Position numbers and translations under genes: made by a program
Shown: positions 35,301-48,500 of the stretch, in pieces
Layout of the letters: every line of letters begins with the position of its first letter
How positions within the stretch are numbered: position 1 is the first letter of the stretch
Notes under the pieces: generated by a model
The model's database searches: none
Told to the model about the DNA's origin: nothing
The model's input: the letters and a program-made list of their open reading frames with translations, nothing else
Assembly (NCBI GenBank): GCA_002269645.1
Contig: NIVC01000865.1
Span: 49,162-110,400 of the forward strand
Length of the DNA: 61,239 nt
Direction: 5' to 3'
Source: Macrostomum lignano
Lineage: Eukaryota

Positions 35301-38300
35301 AGTGACTTAGATGAATACTGAGTGAATTAGATGAGTACTGAGTGACTTAGATGAGTACTGAGTGACTTAGATAGATACTGAGTGATTTAGATCGATACTG
35401 AGTGACTTAGATGGGTACAGAATGACTTAGATGGGTACTGAGTGACTTAGATGGGTACTGAGTGACTTACAGAGTGACTTAAATGGGTACTGAGTGACTT
35501 AGATAGGTACTGCGTGACTTAGATAGATACTGAGTGATTTAGATCGATACTGAGTGACTTAGATGGGTACAGAGTGACTTAGATGAGTACTGAGTGACTT
35601 AGATGAGTACTGAGTGACTTAGATGAGTACTGAGTGACTTAGATGAATACTGAGTGAATTAGATGAGTACTGAGTGACTTAGATGAGTACTGACTGACTT
35701 AGATACTGAGTGATTTAGATCGATACTGAGTGACTTAGATGGATACAGAGTGACTTAGATGGGTACTGAGTGACTTAGATGGGTACCGAGTGACTTACAG
35801 AGTGACTTAAATGGGTACCGAGTGACTTAGATAGGTACTGCGTGACTTAGATAGATACTGAGTGATTTAGATCGATACTGAGTGACTTAGATGGGTACAG
35901 AGTGACTTAGATGGGTACTGAGTGACTTAGATGAGTACTGAGTGACTTAGATGAGTACTGAGTGACTTAGATGAATACTGAGTGACTTAGATGAGTACTG
36001 AGTGACTTAGATGAGTACTGAGTGACTTAGATGAGTACTGAGTGACTTAGATGAATACTGAGTGAATTAGATGAGTACTGAGTGACTTAGATGAGTACTA
36101 AGTGACTTAGATAGATACTGAGTGATTTAGATCGATACTGAGTGACTTAGATGGGTACAGAGTGACTTAGATGGGTACTGAGTGACTTAGATGGGTACTG
36201 AGTGACTTAGATGGGTACTGAGTGACTTACAGAGTGACTTAAATGGGTACTGAGTGACTTAGATAGGTACAGAGTGACTTAGATGGGTACTGAGTGACTT
36301 AGATGGGTACTGAGTGACTTAGATGGATACTGCGTGACTTAGATAGATACTGAGCGACTTAGATGAGTACTGAGTGACTTAGATGAGTACTGAGTGACTT
36401 AGATCGGTACTGAGTGATTTAGATCGGTACTGAGTGACTAAGATCGGTACTGAGTAATTTGGTTCGGTACTGAGTGATTTTATGCTTATGACTTGGGGTA
36501 ACTTGGTTTTCTTGTTCTTATACAGTTAACGTTTTTTTGATGGACTGGTTTATGGAACTGGGTGTTGACTGGGTTTTGCTTGTGGGAACTGAGTTTACTG
36601 AATTTTCTGAGTTATTTTACTGGCTTAGTTAGGGTCTCGCCGTACCGCTCAGTCGACTAGAGTGGACCATGTCGTCTCTCGCGTCGTCGTCGCGCCGACG
36701 GACAGCCTCGGCACTTCAAGGTCCGCGTGGGTACGAACGGTCGCTACGCGTGGTGTCACAACTGGTCCAGGTCCAAGCCGTCGTGGCAAGTGCGGAAGGT
36801 GTACGTCGGACCGGGCGACGGTCGGCCTGTGCGGTCGTTTAAGGTCTCGGTGAGCGGCCTGGATGCTGCCTGAGCGATGGGGCGGATCGGACACCGAGAT
36901 GCTGGGCTTCAGCAGGCTGGATTCGCCATGGTGGGCGTACAGCCAGGCCTGCAGGCCGACCGTCTCCATCTCGGTGAACAGGAAGATGGTGTCCTTGGCC
37001 CAGTGCGTCTGGCCTGCCGGGTGCAGGGGCGGGTAAGTGTAGAGCTGAGCAGTTGCTATTCCATAATAGTATCACCTAGATACCGGTCATGCTTGGGCGC
37101 AACCCCGGGACTCTCCCGGCCGTTTCTATTGGCAACACACACATGTAAGTCGCTATTGGACGGAATAGTAGTCACGTGACCGCTCTCAGCCAATAGCGAC
37201 TTACATGTGTGTGTTGCCAATAGAAACGGCCGGGTGATTCCCAAAGTTGCGCATGTATGATACCGGTGATGACTATAAGATACCGGTGATGGACTATAAG
37301 ATACCGGTGATGGACTATAAGATACCGGTGATGGACTATAAGATACCGGTGATGGAGTAAAGATACCGGTGATGGACTAAATATACCGGTGATGACTATA
37401 AATACCGGTGATGGACTATAGGATAACGGTGATGGACTATAAGATACGGTGATGACTATAAGATACCGGTGATGACTATAAGATACCGGTGATGGACTAT
37501 AAGATAACGGTGATGGACTATAAGATACCGGTGATGACTATAAGATACCGGTGATGACTATAAGATACCGGTGATGGACTAGATACGGTGATGGACTATA
37601 AGATACCGGTGATGACTATAAGATACCGGTGATGGACTATAAGATAACGGTGATGGACTATAAGATACCGGTGATGGACTATAAGATACCGGTGATGGAC
37701 TGTAAAATACCGGTGATGGACTAGAGATACCGGTGATGACTATAAGATACCGGTGATGGACTAAATATACCGGTGATGAATATAAGATACCGGTGATGGA
37801 CTATAAGATACCGGTGATGGACTGTAAAATACCGGTGATGGACTAGAGATACCGGTGATGACTATAAGATACCGTTACTGGACGATCAGATACCGGTACT
37901 GGGCAGTAAGATACCGGTTCCAGAACAATACAATACCCTTACTGGGGCTATCAGACCCCCCCCCAAGGGTCAGAGTGTACATGACTGACGATGTGAAAAG
38001 TCAGGACCGCTGTACACCCTGTGTGAGCGGGTGCATCAGTGCGTGCCTGCGTACAGCATTGGCGCGCTTGTATGCAGCTCAGCCGCAGCTATTGCGCGGC
38101 GCATCTGAAGGCTGCGTACGGCTGCTCAGTCCATGGACTAAGGGGGGGGGGTCGCCGCACACACCCTCAATTATCCCAGCTAATGCTGGCACCCAATTTA
38201 CAGCTGTGTGATCTGAAGCAATACTCACACAAATTGTTCCAAGTGGTCGAGAATCGAACCCGCGACCTTTCAGTCGTGAGTCCGATGCTCTGACCACTAG

Positions 38301-41300
38301 ACTGCAACCTTCACAACACAAATTTAAATAAAGTAAACTGTCGGCTTTCGGCCCCTACAACAGACTCACGCCTGAAGAACTTCGCCAGCGCCAGCATCAG
38401 CGCCACGCTGCCGTCCGTCCGACGCTCGTGGGAGGCGGCGCCAGAATCGGCGGCGCGCAGAGGAGTCATGAGAACCAGCGCCTCGGTGCGCGCCGCGCGA
38501 TAGGCTCGAGAAATGCCAACAGCATTGATGCCCTGCAGCTTCTGCGGATGTGTGAAGCGAAGAGGAAATGAAGATGTACCATAAATTTCAAATCAAGCTA
38601 CAGACTGCTCATATCTGATAATATAGAAATTCACCTTTTCTCCCAGAATGAGCGGATAGCTGAAGGTGAAGTTCTGAGTGTAGGCGTCCAGGCCAATTTT
38701 TTGCATTTCCTCTTCAAGCCACTTTTGAATTTTCCACTAAAAATAAATATAAGGAAAATGTTAAAACAATAAATAAACATAATTAAATAAAAAATCCAGA
38801 TGGCATACCTCTCAAGGTTCTTCACAGTGTACATCTTTTGCACATCAGCATAATAGTCATTGATGAAGTTGACCTGATTAAATTGCTCCTCAACAACTCC
38901 TAAAAATTGAATAGCAATGAGACAATATCATGGATAATATTAATTTGAAATACCATAAAATAAAATTTTCTTGTATAGAAACTAGTCTTCATTGGCAAGC
39001 AAAGGGTCCCAAGCATATGCAATAAAGGCCAAAGCACAATACAAAATAACATGGTTTCTATAATAATATTCAATAGGAAAAATCATAAATGTTACAATAT
39101 ACTATGAGTTTTTCAGTTCTATTACAACTAGAAGTTGGCTGAAAGTCCAAAATAAAAATTTTATTTAGAATGTTATAGACACCATGCTAGTTATCATAGT
39201 AGCATATAACACAAAACTTTATATTTTGCATCTTTTAGAATTGCAGCAATATTTCTTATATAAAATGTATAAAATAGCAATTAAATTTAAATGACAATTT
39301 AGTTCATAGTTTTACTATTACCTTAATATATTTTGGCCCTATACTCTAGCCCCAGCCTATAATATAGCAGATGTTCTTAAACCCTCTATGCTATTCACAT
39401 CTTTTACAGAATGCTTGATACTATTTATGAAATTTAAACATTAAAAGAGGGCTAAATGCTACCAATTAGATTGTGAAACAGTATTAAAATTGCATTCCTT
39501 ACTGTATGATTATTTAATTTTTGGTTAAAATTTTGGTTTAAGAATATGTTATTTGATATAAAAAAGAAAGATTTAACCAATGCTCTACTTAAACCAAAAT
39601 TTTACCATATCCATATCAATGACTAATCAAGAATTATTTTAGTTAGTATAAGAAAGTCTTATCTGTCTCAATTGGTGAAATTGGCATTAGTAAAATGGTA
39701 CAAAAATTAGTAAATTTACAAAAGCTACAAATATTAACTTCACAACTGTTATAAACTTACAATTTTTTTTCATTATAACAAAGTTTCTTATATATTTTAG
39801 CTAATAATAGTGTTTTAACTTTTTTTATTATACTGTTTTGCTTTTTTCAGTCTAAAAACTTTTTAATGCTAATATTTTTTCATTTTGTGCACACTTATAA
39901 GGTATAGAAAGTTGTCTTAGGATGGCCTAGTAGGTCTTTAAATCCCACTGCTGCAACCAATAAGGTGTTTGCTGTTTTCTTCTTGATTTAGGCCTTAGTA
40001 GCATAGGTAGTGCTACCACTAGTTTCTTTAGGCCTTGGCCTTCAATGAGATGACTGCCATTCAAACAAAATAAACTTTAAAATACAACAAAATAAAATTT
40101 CAAAAAATCACATTAAAATATTTGTTAAATTAATTAAACTAAATGAATTATAAATAAAAACATTCCTTTTATAATATTCTTATTTTCTTAACAAGTAATT
40201 AATGACTAATATTATATATAAAATACAAATATACAAATTAAAATGAAAAAAAAAATTATATACTTAATGTTAAGGTCATGCCTGTATTAAAATGACATGG
40301 TAGGCCTAGGCCTCATAGTGTTAGGCATAGAATAGAATAATAGGCCTAATCAATATGGGTGTATAATGATATACCATAATCAGGAAGGTGGCAGATATGC
40401 CAGAATTTTCTGGTATGCCAGATTTTTTGGCATGCTTAAAGCAATTATAAAAATATGGCATAATTGGTGTGCTCAAGGCAAAGCTAAAAATATGGCATGA
40501 ATGATTGGCATGCATCAAAACTTTGAATTTTGAAGTTTAATATTGTAGTTATGGTTGTCATTGTGGTCATGTGGACATGGTTGTATTTATAGTCTAGTAA
40601 AAAGCTTAGTTAAAAATATTATTTTTTGTAAAATGTACTGAATGATTTTTGAAACTTTCTTTTCTTAGAATACATTAACATTAGCACAATTCACAAAGAT
40701 GAAAAGTGGCGATCAAGCTGATCATCTTGCAGTTGCAGTTGCAGCTTTACAATGTTGCATGGCATTCATTTGGCATGCTAAATGCTCCCTAGTATCACAA
40801 AGGTTCATTTAGTCTATTTGAGCACTTTATAATTATAGGCCTAATATGCTAATAAAATGCTCAAGCTAAAGATAGCAGTATGGAGGTAGTCAGCAAAGTA
40901 GGGCTGAAAATGTAAGGCCTAGTATATTTGACATATATAGTAAAAAGGGTCATTAAAATTTTGGCGTGCTTGGCGTGAATTGGTAGCTTTGCTCATCTTC
41001 GATTCCGGCGTGCCTCTGCCACCTTCCTGAGCATGGATGATATGCCATCATGCCATAAGTTTTTGATATTGCAATTGTGCCAGAAGTTATAATGATCTAT
41101 ACAAGAGCAAGAGATTAAGAAATAAGCTTGATAGTAGTAGTCATTTATAAACATAAGTTGCCAAAAATCAAGTTAATAAAATACCTGGTGAAAGCGCCTT
41201 CTCTGAGATATAGCATCGATTATTAAACTGCGGATCGCTTAGCATCACCATATAGCCGATTGCACCAACAATCAGCAATATTCCTACGAACCGATGGTAG

Positions 41301-41341
41301 GACAGGAATACCTTGATTGTGGTTTCTATTTTACCTGTCAT
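32321..41341 (-). CDS. GPAA1: GPI-anchor transamidase subunit GPAA1/Gaa1, multi-exon; part of it lies in the complemented block
   Basis: Exons 41341-41185 (..CYISEKALSPG), 38899-38809 (GVVEEQF), 38736-38635 (GLDAYTQNF), 38541-38370 (TEALVLMTP..LALAKFFR), 37013-36665 (HWAKDTIFL..AWL..GSIQAA|VALEF..EGVNG/LPNLDL), 34428-33934 (HGLF..LNN/LQERFHQSFFFY..YVSIGDY) and 32857-~32321 (SLVNFGLAFL..LPCWLLAW). The segments within 32921-36852 read only as reverse-without-complement. Several indels. Confidence 0.9.
32885..33590. repeat. ~21-bp minisatellite (ACCGAACTGCCTAATTGATCT; appears as TGGCTTGACGGATTAACTAGA after 32921)
   Basis: Direct reading; spans the left complement junction. Confidence 0.92.
33660..33925. 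repeat. ~18-bp minisatellite (TTTAAGGGGTGTAGGGTA as given)
   Basis: Direct reading; inside the complemented block. Confidence 0.85.
34460..36480. repeat. 20-bp minisatellite (ACTGAGTGACTTAGATGAGT as given), ~2 kb, with recurring variant order
   Basis: Variants gagt/gaat/agat/cgat/gggt recur in a similar order; inside the complemented block. Confidence 0.95.
37115..37234. repeat. Perfect 45-bp inverted repeat with 30-bp spacer (foldback/MITE-like), intronic
   Basis: 37115-37159 is the exact reverse complement of 37190-37234. The spacer contains the palindrome GTCACGTGAC. Imperfect pairing extends outward. Confidence 0.9.
37258..37900. repeat. ~21-bp minisatellite (GATACCGGTGATGGACTATAA)
   Basis: Direct reading. 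Confidence 0.92.
38060..38310 (-). mobile_element. Diverged copy of the tRNA-derived SINE
   Basis: cacacaccctcaattatcccagctaatgctggcacc..gaatcgaacc..cagtcgtgagtccga..accactag matches the reverse complement of 5593-5870, with an internal deletion. Confidence 0.8.
40380..41030. mobile_element. Putative non-autonomous DNA element (MITE) with 16-bp terminal inverted repeats
   Basis: TCAGGAAGGTGGCAGA (40380-40395) and TCTGCCACCTTCCTGA (41015-41030) are perfect inverted repeats. Subterminal TGGCA/TGGCG-rich motifs. No TSD seen. Confidence 0.55.
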
Positions 41342-42581
41342 TTATCAATCAATTAAATATAGCTGTCAAAAGTCGAATTGAGCAATAAAAATTCGAGAAT
41401 TGTAACTGTAAATTGTAAAATTCGTAATAGGTTTCTTATAAAACTTTGTTTTTAAAAAAACACATATCAAACAATAACAAAACTATGTACATTCACAAAT
41501 ATCATATAAACTTAACACTTATTTTTAATGCTCTATGACATAAAGTTATTGCTTTCAAAAAGCTTTTTTTAAGAAAAAACACTGCTATGTTTTCAAAGTA
41601 AGATTTCTGTTGCTACCGCGTCTTTAAATTTAACTGTAAGAAATATGGCAATATTTCCGGCAACACAACATTGTCCTGTTCAGCAAAGGCGTCATATGCA
41701 GCGATTCTTAATTTCGTTTCGATATTTTATACTATTAGAAATGAAACAGATTTTTAAAAGACAAAAATGTTAAAAATACGTATACTAAATGGAATAGGAG
41801 TTTATTGCTATAGTAAGAAGGTTTTACAGGCATACTAAACTAAACTTACCTCAGCTCACAAGAAAAACTCAGGCTATTTGATTCTATGACTTTGAAATTT
41901 AATTTTAATTTTTAACTTTTAAAATCTTTTGAGTTGCATTGCTATTAGAATTTAGCGTATTCGCTTTTAGTTTCAGTTTGACCAGACTTAGTTGCAGGGG
42001 TAGATTTGGTCATTAGGGTAGAGTAGAATAGTTGCAGCAAGACCTGTTCTTAGCTAGCATTTTTCTATAAGTTTTTTCTGCACGAAAATGTTTTTAGAAT
42101 TGTTATACTTTAAAAACTTGAACTTTAGTCTGTTTGTAATTCTTGCAAGTTATATTTGCAGCTTTTTTAGATTTAAAAAAATAATATTCTGTCAAATGTA
42201 TAGAGTGGAAATATTTTAAATGCTTCGAATAAGCAACTGAAATGCTAAATTTTTTATACTAAAATTTTATATATTGGCTAATGCATAACGCTGTGTTATT
42301 GTTATTATGTGTAGAATAACACTAAGTTTTTTACCATATATATTGCTATGCCATGCCATATTTCATTGAAGTACTTGTAACCAAAAGTTTTTGCCAAATT
42401 TAATTTGTGAAAGTATTTGAAGCAGTGGTATAATTTTTTTGGGAACTGTTTATTTTCTATACAATAGCTTTTGGTCAGTAGTTTTCTCATAGACATTAGA
42501 ATTTACTATTTTACAAATAGGTGAGGTAAATGTTATTTTTAAAGCATTAAATGGAAACTGCAAGGCCACACATTCTTTCGA

Positions 42582-45500
42582 TTGAGCTCTTCGAAAAATA
42601 AAACGCCGCAGATTTCCGAGATCGCAGTGAGCGACGCGGACCTTCTGCGCGAGATCTGCTCGTCGAATGGCCTGCCGGAGGACCGGGAAAAACTGCAGGC
42701 GGAGGCCGCCGAGACCGCCACCTTGGAGATTTTCTTCGGCGGCTATCCCCGTTTTGCTCACCTCAGCCTGTTCCCCAATCTCCGCGAGCTCATCATTGTG
42801 GAGCAGAGCCTGACCGAGATCAGCACCCTGGACAGCTGCCCCCTGCTGGAGGTGCTCTGGGTCTCAGACTGCAGGCTGACTCAAATCTCTGGCCTGTCTG
42901 CAAATCACCGACTCAAGAAGCTGTACTTGCATAGCAACTCCATAGCGACGATAAACGGCGGCCTCGACCATCTCGGCGGCTCGCTGGAGGTTCTGTGGCT
43001 GGCCAACAATCAGCTGCGCGAACTCGCTGGCTTCGAGAAACTGTCCAACCTGAAGGAGCTCAATTTGGCGCAGAACTTCATCACGGAAGTGGCCGGCTGC
43101 CTCACGGAGAACGCCAGCCTGGAGAGCTTGAACCTGTCGGGCAACCCGCTGGCCTCCATTCGCGATGTTGTGTCGCTGGCGGCTCTGCCGTCTTTGCGCC
43201 GGTTCTGCCTTCGCGACCCGCAGTACCGACCCTGCCCAGTCACCCAGCTATCCAACTACTCCATCTTCATCCTGTACCACATGCCCCGGCTGCTCAACCT
43301 GGACACGTTCGACTGCTCAAGCCGGCTGCCGTTTGAGCTGGCGGACAGCACAGTATTGAAGAAACGAATGTACTACGCCATGCGAGCCGAGGTTCTTGAG
43401 CGGACCAGCGCTTGTCTCGGCCGGAGGGTGACAATTGGCCTGGCCGAGTACCACAAGGTGGGTTGAGGATGTGGTATCAAGGAAGTGGGATCAAGGATGT
43501 GGGATCAGAGATCTGGGATCAAGGATGTGGGATCAAGGATCTGGGACCAATGATCTGGGATCAAGGATGTGGGATCAAGGATGTGGGATCAGGGATCTGG
43601 AATCAAGGATCGGATCACAAACCTGGGATCAAGGATGTGGGATCAAGGATGTGGGATCAAGGATGTGGCATCAAGGATGTGTGATCAAGGATCTGTGATA
43701 AAAAATCTGGGATCAAGGATCTGGGATCACAAATCTAGGATCAAGGATCTGTGATAAAAAATCTGGGATCAAGGATCTGGGATCACAAATCTAGGATCAA
43801 GGATCTGGGATCACAAATCTGGGATCAAGAATCTGGGATCTGATCTGGGATCAAGGATCTGGGATCAAGGATCTGGGATCAAGGATCTGGGATCTAAGAT
43901 CTGGGATCTAGGATCTGGGATCTAGGATGTGGGATCAAGGATCTGTGATAAAAAATCAAGGATCTGGGATCACAAATATGGGATCAATGATCTGGGATCA
44001 CAAATCTGGGATCAAGGATCTGGGATCACAAATCTGGGATCAAGGATCTGGGATCTAGAATCTGGGACCAATGATCTGGGATCAAGGATCTGGGATCAAG
44101 GATCTGGGATCAAGGATCTGGGATCAAGGATCTGGGATCAAGGATCTGGGATCAAGGATCTGGGATCAAGGATCTGGGATCAAGGATCTGGGATCAAGGA
44201 TCTGGGATCAAGGATCTGGGATCAAGGATCTGGGATCAAGGATCTGGGATCAAGGATCTGGGATCAAGGATCTGGGATCAAGGATCTGGGATCAAGGATC
44301 TGGGATCAAGGATCTGGGATCAAAATCTGGGATCAAGGATCTGGGATCAAGGATCTGGGATCAAGGATCTGGGATCAAGGATCTGGGATCAAGGATCTGG
44401 GATCAAGGATCTGGGATCAAGGATCTGGGATCAAGGATCTGGGATCAAGGATCTGGGATCAAGGATCTGGGATCAAGGATCTGGGATCAAGGATCTGGGA
44501 TCAAGGATCTGGGATCAAGGATCTGGGATCAAGGATCTGGGATCAAGGATCTGGGATCAAGGATCTGGGATCAAGGATCTGGGATCAAGGATCTGGGATC
44601 TAGGATCTGGGATCAAGGATCTGGGATCAAGGATCTGGGATCAAGGATCTGGGATCAAGGATCTGGGATCAAGGATCTGGGATCAAGGATCTGGGATCAA
44701 GGATCTGGGATCAAGGATCTGGGAATCTGGGACAAGATCTGGGATCAAGGATCTGGGATCAAGGATCTGGGATCAAGGATCTGGGATCAAGGATCTGGGA
44801 TCAAGGATCTGGGATCCTCTGGGATCAATCTTCAAGGATCCAAGGATCTGGGATCAAGGATCTGGGATCAAGGATCTGGGATCAAGGATCTGGGATCAAG
44901 GATCTGGGGATCCAAGGATCTGGGATCGAAAGGATCTGGAGCAGGAATTTAGGATCTGGGATCAAGGATCTGGGACCAAGGATCTGGGACCAAGGATCTG
45001 GGACCAAGGATCTGGGACCAACAACTTCTGAGCCTTTTAACCGACCATTTCTTCAACAGGCTCGCCTCGTCGAAACTGGAGCAGGAAACTTCAGCCAGCT
45101 GGAGGCCGCCTGGCCAACAACGCGTGGCTTCTTCACCGAGGCATTGAAGAAGATCGAAATGGACAGAGAGCTGGCCTGGAACCTGCTCAACATGGAGTTG
45201 GAGAGCGGCGGCAGCGTTCGCTGCGAGCTGGGCACCGGGCAAGACTGGCACAAACTGGTGGCCGACATTGTCAGCTCGAGGTTCTGCTCGTCACAGCATC
45301 GGCAGAGCGGCGTCACCGCCTGCAAGGTGGACAAAGTGCACCGATTGCACCTGCCAGTGCTGGCGGCCAGGTGAGACAGTCAGTCAGTGAGTGAGACAGT
45401 CAGTCAGTCAGTCAGTCAGTCAGTGAGACAGTCAGTCAGTCAGTCAGTCAGTCAGTTAGTCAGTCAGTCAGTCCTTATCAACCACACCGCCATCCAGGTA

Positions 45501-48500
45501 CCAGGAGGCGTGTCTGCCGCGTCTGCAAACCCTTGCCCGGAGCACCTACTGCTCTCTGGACATGGTGGCAAAGAAGTACCAGGACTATCTGTTCTACCGT
45601 TGGCCCGAAGGCGACAACGACAGTCTGCTGGACTGCCTAGAGCGCGGCGTCACCAGCCGGCCGGCGGTGCTGTCCAACAGCGTCAACATCGCCGATGGGG
45701 CAACGCTTTGCGACTGCGCAAAGGAAACTGGCGTCGGCCGGTCGCGGCTGCTGCTGGTGAAGGCCTACATCGGCAAGTCGGTGCAGGCGGTCGCATCACT
45801 GGAGGAGGTCGAGACGATCATTGCGGCTGCAAACGGAGGCGAGCAACAGTCGCAGGAGTCAGGCGATGAAGAGCCGAAGCGAAACTGACCGCCGTGTTCC
45901 ACATGGCCGACTCCACCAGCGAAGGCTACTCGTGCGAATGCCTCGGCCGCCAGTGCACCTGGTACTTTCTAGACAACGCCTGCCTTGTTCCGGAGTTCCT
46001 GGTGGAGCTGGAGTACTCGGGCAGGCGGACCAGCAATCCGTTTCACCAGGTCGTGTGCGGCGGTGGCCCGGCTGCGCCCACGCCTGACCTCGAGCCCGCG
46101 CCGCCAGTGACGGCACCCTACGAGAACCTGGCCGAGCTGCAGATCGAGGCCCTCGGCCTCACCCGGCTCCGAGGCCTCGACTCGCTGCACTCTCTGCGGA
46201 CGCTGAACGCCCGTTCAAATCTGCTGACAGGCCTGGAGGACCTGGCCGGACTGCCAGTTGAAGAGATCGACGTGTCCTGGAACCGAATCGTCTCCATCGA
46301 CGGTCTCAAGCACGTCGGGAAGCTCAGAAGTCTCCGGCTGGCGTTTAATCGACTCACCTGCCTGAGAAACGAGCTCAGCCACATGCGGAAGCACACGGCA
46401 ATGCTGACTGGCCTCAGTCTGGAGGGAAATCCCTGGCATCGGTACAAGGTGGCTTACAGAGTCATCGTCATCAATAAGCTGAAGGAGCTGAAGGTTTGTT
46501 TACATGGAGTTCTATGCGTCATCAGACTTAAATTTCAGGCATAAAAACATTTATAAAAGGGGACTTGGGTCCACGCAAAAATCTCAGTCAACCCCGTGCC
46601 TTAGTGTTTGCTCGAATGCAATTTGAATATTTTATCTTAGTCATGGTCTCAGCACAGATAGTAAAGAAGACCAGATATGCCTATTATGCAAATTTGCGTT
46701 GCCTTGCTCATATCCTAACACAATATTCTCATTTCACAAATTGTGCAGGTACTGGATGGCCAGCCGGTCACAGAGGAGGAAGTCACAGCCTCAATGCCAG
46801 GCCGGTTCAACCTTCTCAGCTACGCTGCTCACGTGACCGGCACGCCCAAATACATCAGTTTGGAGTCGCCGACCCAATTCTTGCCAGTGCAGCCGCCTGA
46901 GCTGTTCGCCCAGGTGAGCATGCTCAACCTGGACGGACTCAACCTGACTCGAATAACCGGTCTGGAGCGCTGCTTCAACCTGCGCTGGCTGTCAATCAAC
47001 TACAATCACGTGTCCCGCATTGAAGGCCTTGACTCCTGCTCGCAGCTGGAGGAACTGCTGGCAACGCACAATCTGATTGGCACAATGCCTACAGGCACAT
47101 ATCCGGCCCTGCGCCACCTGAACTTGGCGCATAACTGCATCGAACAGATTGGCACGGGGCTGCTGGCGCCAAACCTGACCAGCCTCAACCTGTTGAACAA
47201 CCACGTGTCCAGCCTGGCCGGCATTGACAAGCACAGCAGCCTGGCCCAGCTCTTCATCGGCCTGAACCGCATCCAGGACACTCGCGAGCTCTTCTACCTC
47301 AAATCTTTGCAGTCGCTCCTGATTCTCGATCTCGGCGAGAACCCCATCGCGTCCAACTCGCACAACTATCGGACGACTGTCATCTACCACCTGCGATCGC
47401 TGTGCTCACTCGACGGCGTCCCAGTTGAGCAGGACGAGGTTCAGAGCGCCGTTCAACTGCTGGGCGGCAAGCTGACGACTGACCTGCTGATTGAAAAGTT
47501 CGGTCACGACCGATTCTACGATCTCAAAGAGCTGGACATGTCGCGCAGCAACCTGCGGACTATTGAGCTCAACCTCCACGATCGCTTCATCAACCTGCGC
47601 AGCGTCAATCTCGAGTCCAACTCGTTGACGTCGCTCAACGGAATCGCCAGCTTGCCGTCTCTTCGCGTTCTCTGCCTGAACCACAACCACATCGAGTCTC
47701 TGGCCTCGGGCACTGGCAGCCTTCTGCCCACGCTGGAGGTGCTGCACCTCGCCTACAATGGGATCAAGGACGCCGCGTCGTTGCAGCTGCACCGGCTGCC
47801 GTCGCTGCGCACTCTGTTTATGCAGGGCAACGAGCTGCAAACGACGGACGGATTGCAGTCAGGTCAACTGCGGGAGCTCGTGCTGGATCGGAACAAGCTG
47901 AGAACAATTAACCTGAGCGGGTGTCCCTACGTGCAGGTGAGAGCACACTGTGCGCACCGATCTTGACCGATTATTCTTGCCACTACTGCTGATATTCTTT
48001 GAAGTTACATGTGTAGAGTTAAAAACGTATTGAAGTTGTCAGTGACAGAGCAGCTCAGACGAAACTTATCCGTCTAAAGTACCTGGGTTCAATTCCGTGA
48101 GCAGTGAAATTACGGTTTATGTGCATTGCCTGACAATGAGAAATTAAGGACCGATGTACACCCTGGATTAGGCATAACCGCTTGTGTTCCTGCTGATTAC
48201 CGATGGAGAACTTTTATGGCTCTCCACACGTAACTCAATTTGGTCGCATTGTAATTTGGAGTGCAACCTTTCATGAAGCCTTAAAATCGGATTTCTTGCT
48301 CGTAAATTTGACCTGTCGTAGCGATGAGGTCAGGAACGTAGTCAACCCTGTGAGAGTTGGTTACAAAATTATTTGCCAAGGATAACTTCAATCAAAATAC
48401 TACCAAACAGTGCAACTTTACTTCTATCAGGAGTTGCACGTCGAGGAGAACCGACTGAAAGACCTTGGCGGCATACCGGACCACTGCCCCTACCTGCACA

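Larger units (their letters stand above)
32921..36852. other. 3.93-kb block that is the in-place complement (not reverse complement) of the expected sequence
   Basis: Left junction: the satellite unit accgaactgcctaattga is followed at 32921 by aga-tggcttgacggattaac, the exact base-wise complement of the expected tct-accgaactgcctaattg. Right junction: the GPAA1 exon reads SGSIQAA as reverse complement down to ~36853, then VALEFAG only as a plain reversal. Confidence 0.93.

Noticed and set aside
32921-36852. Ordinary inversion as the explanation of the block
   Set aside because: An inversion would put GPAA1 exons on the + strand in swapped order and show reverse-complemented satellite units. 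Here the order is preserved and only the bases are complemented.
30810-37900. CRISPR-like arrays
   Set aside because: The repeats are head-to-tail with no unique spacers, in a eukaryotic context with no cas genes.
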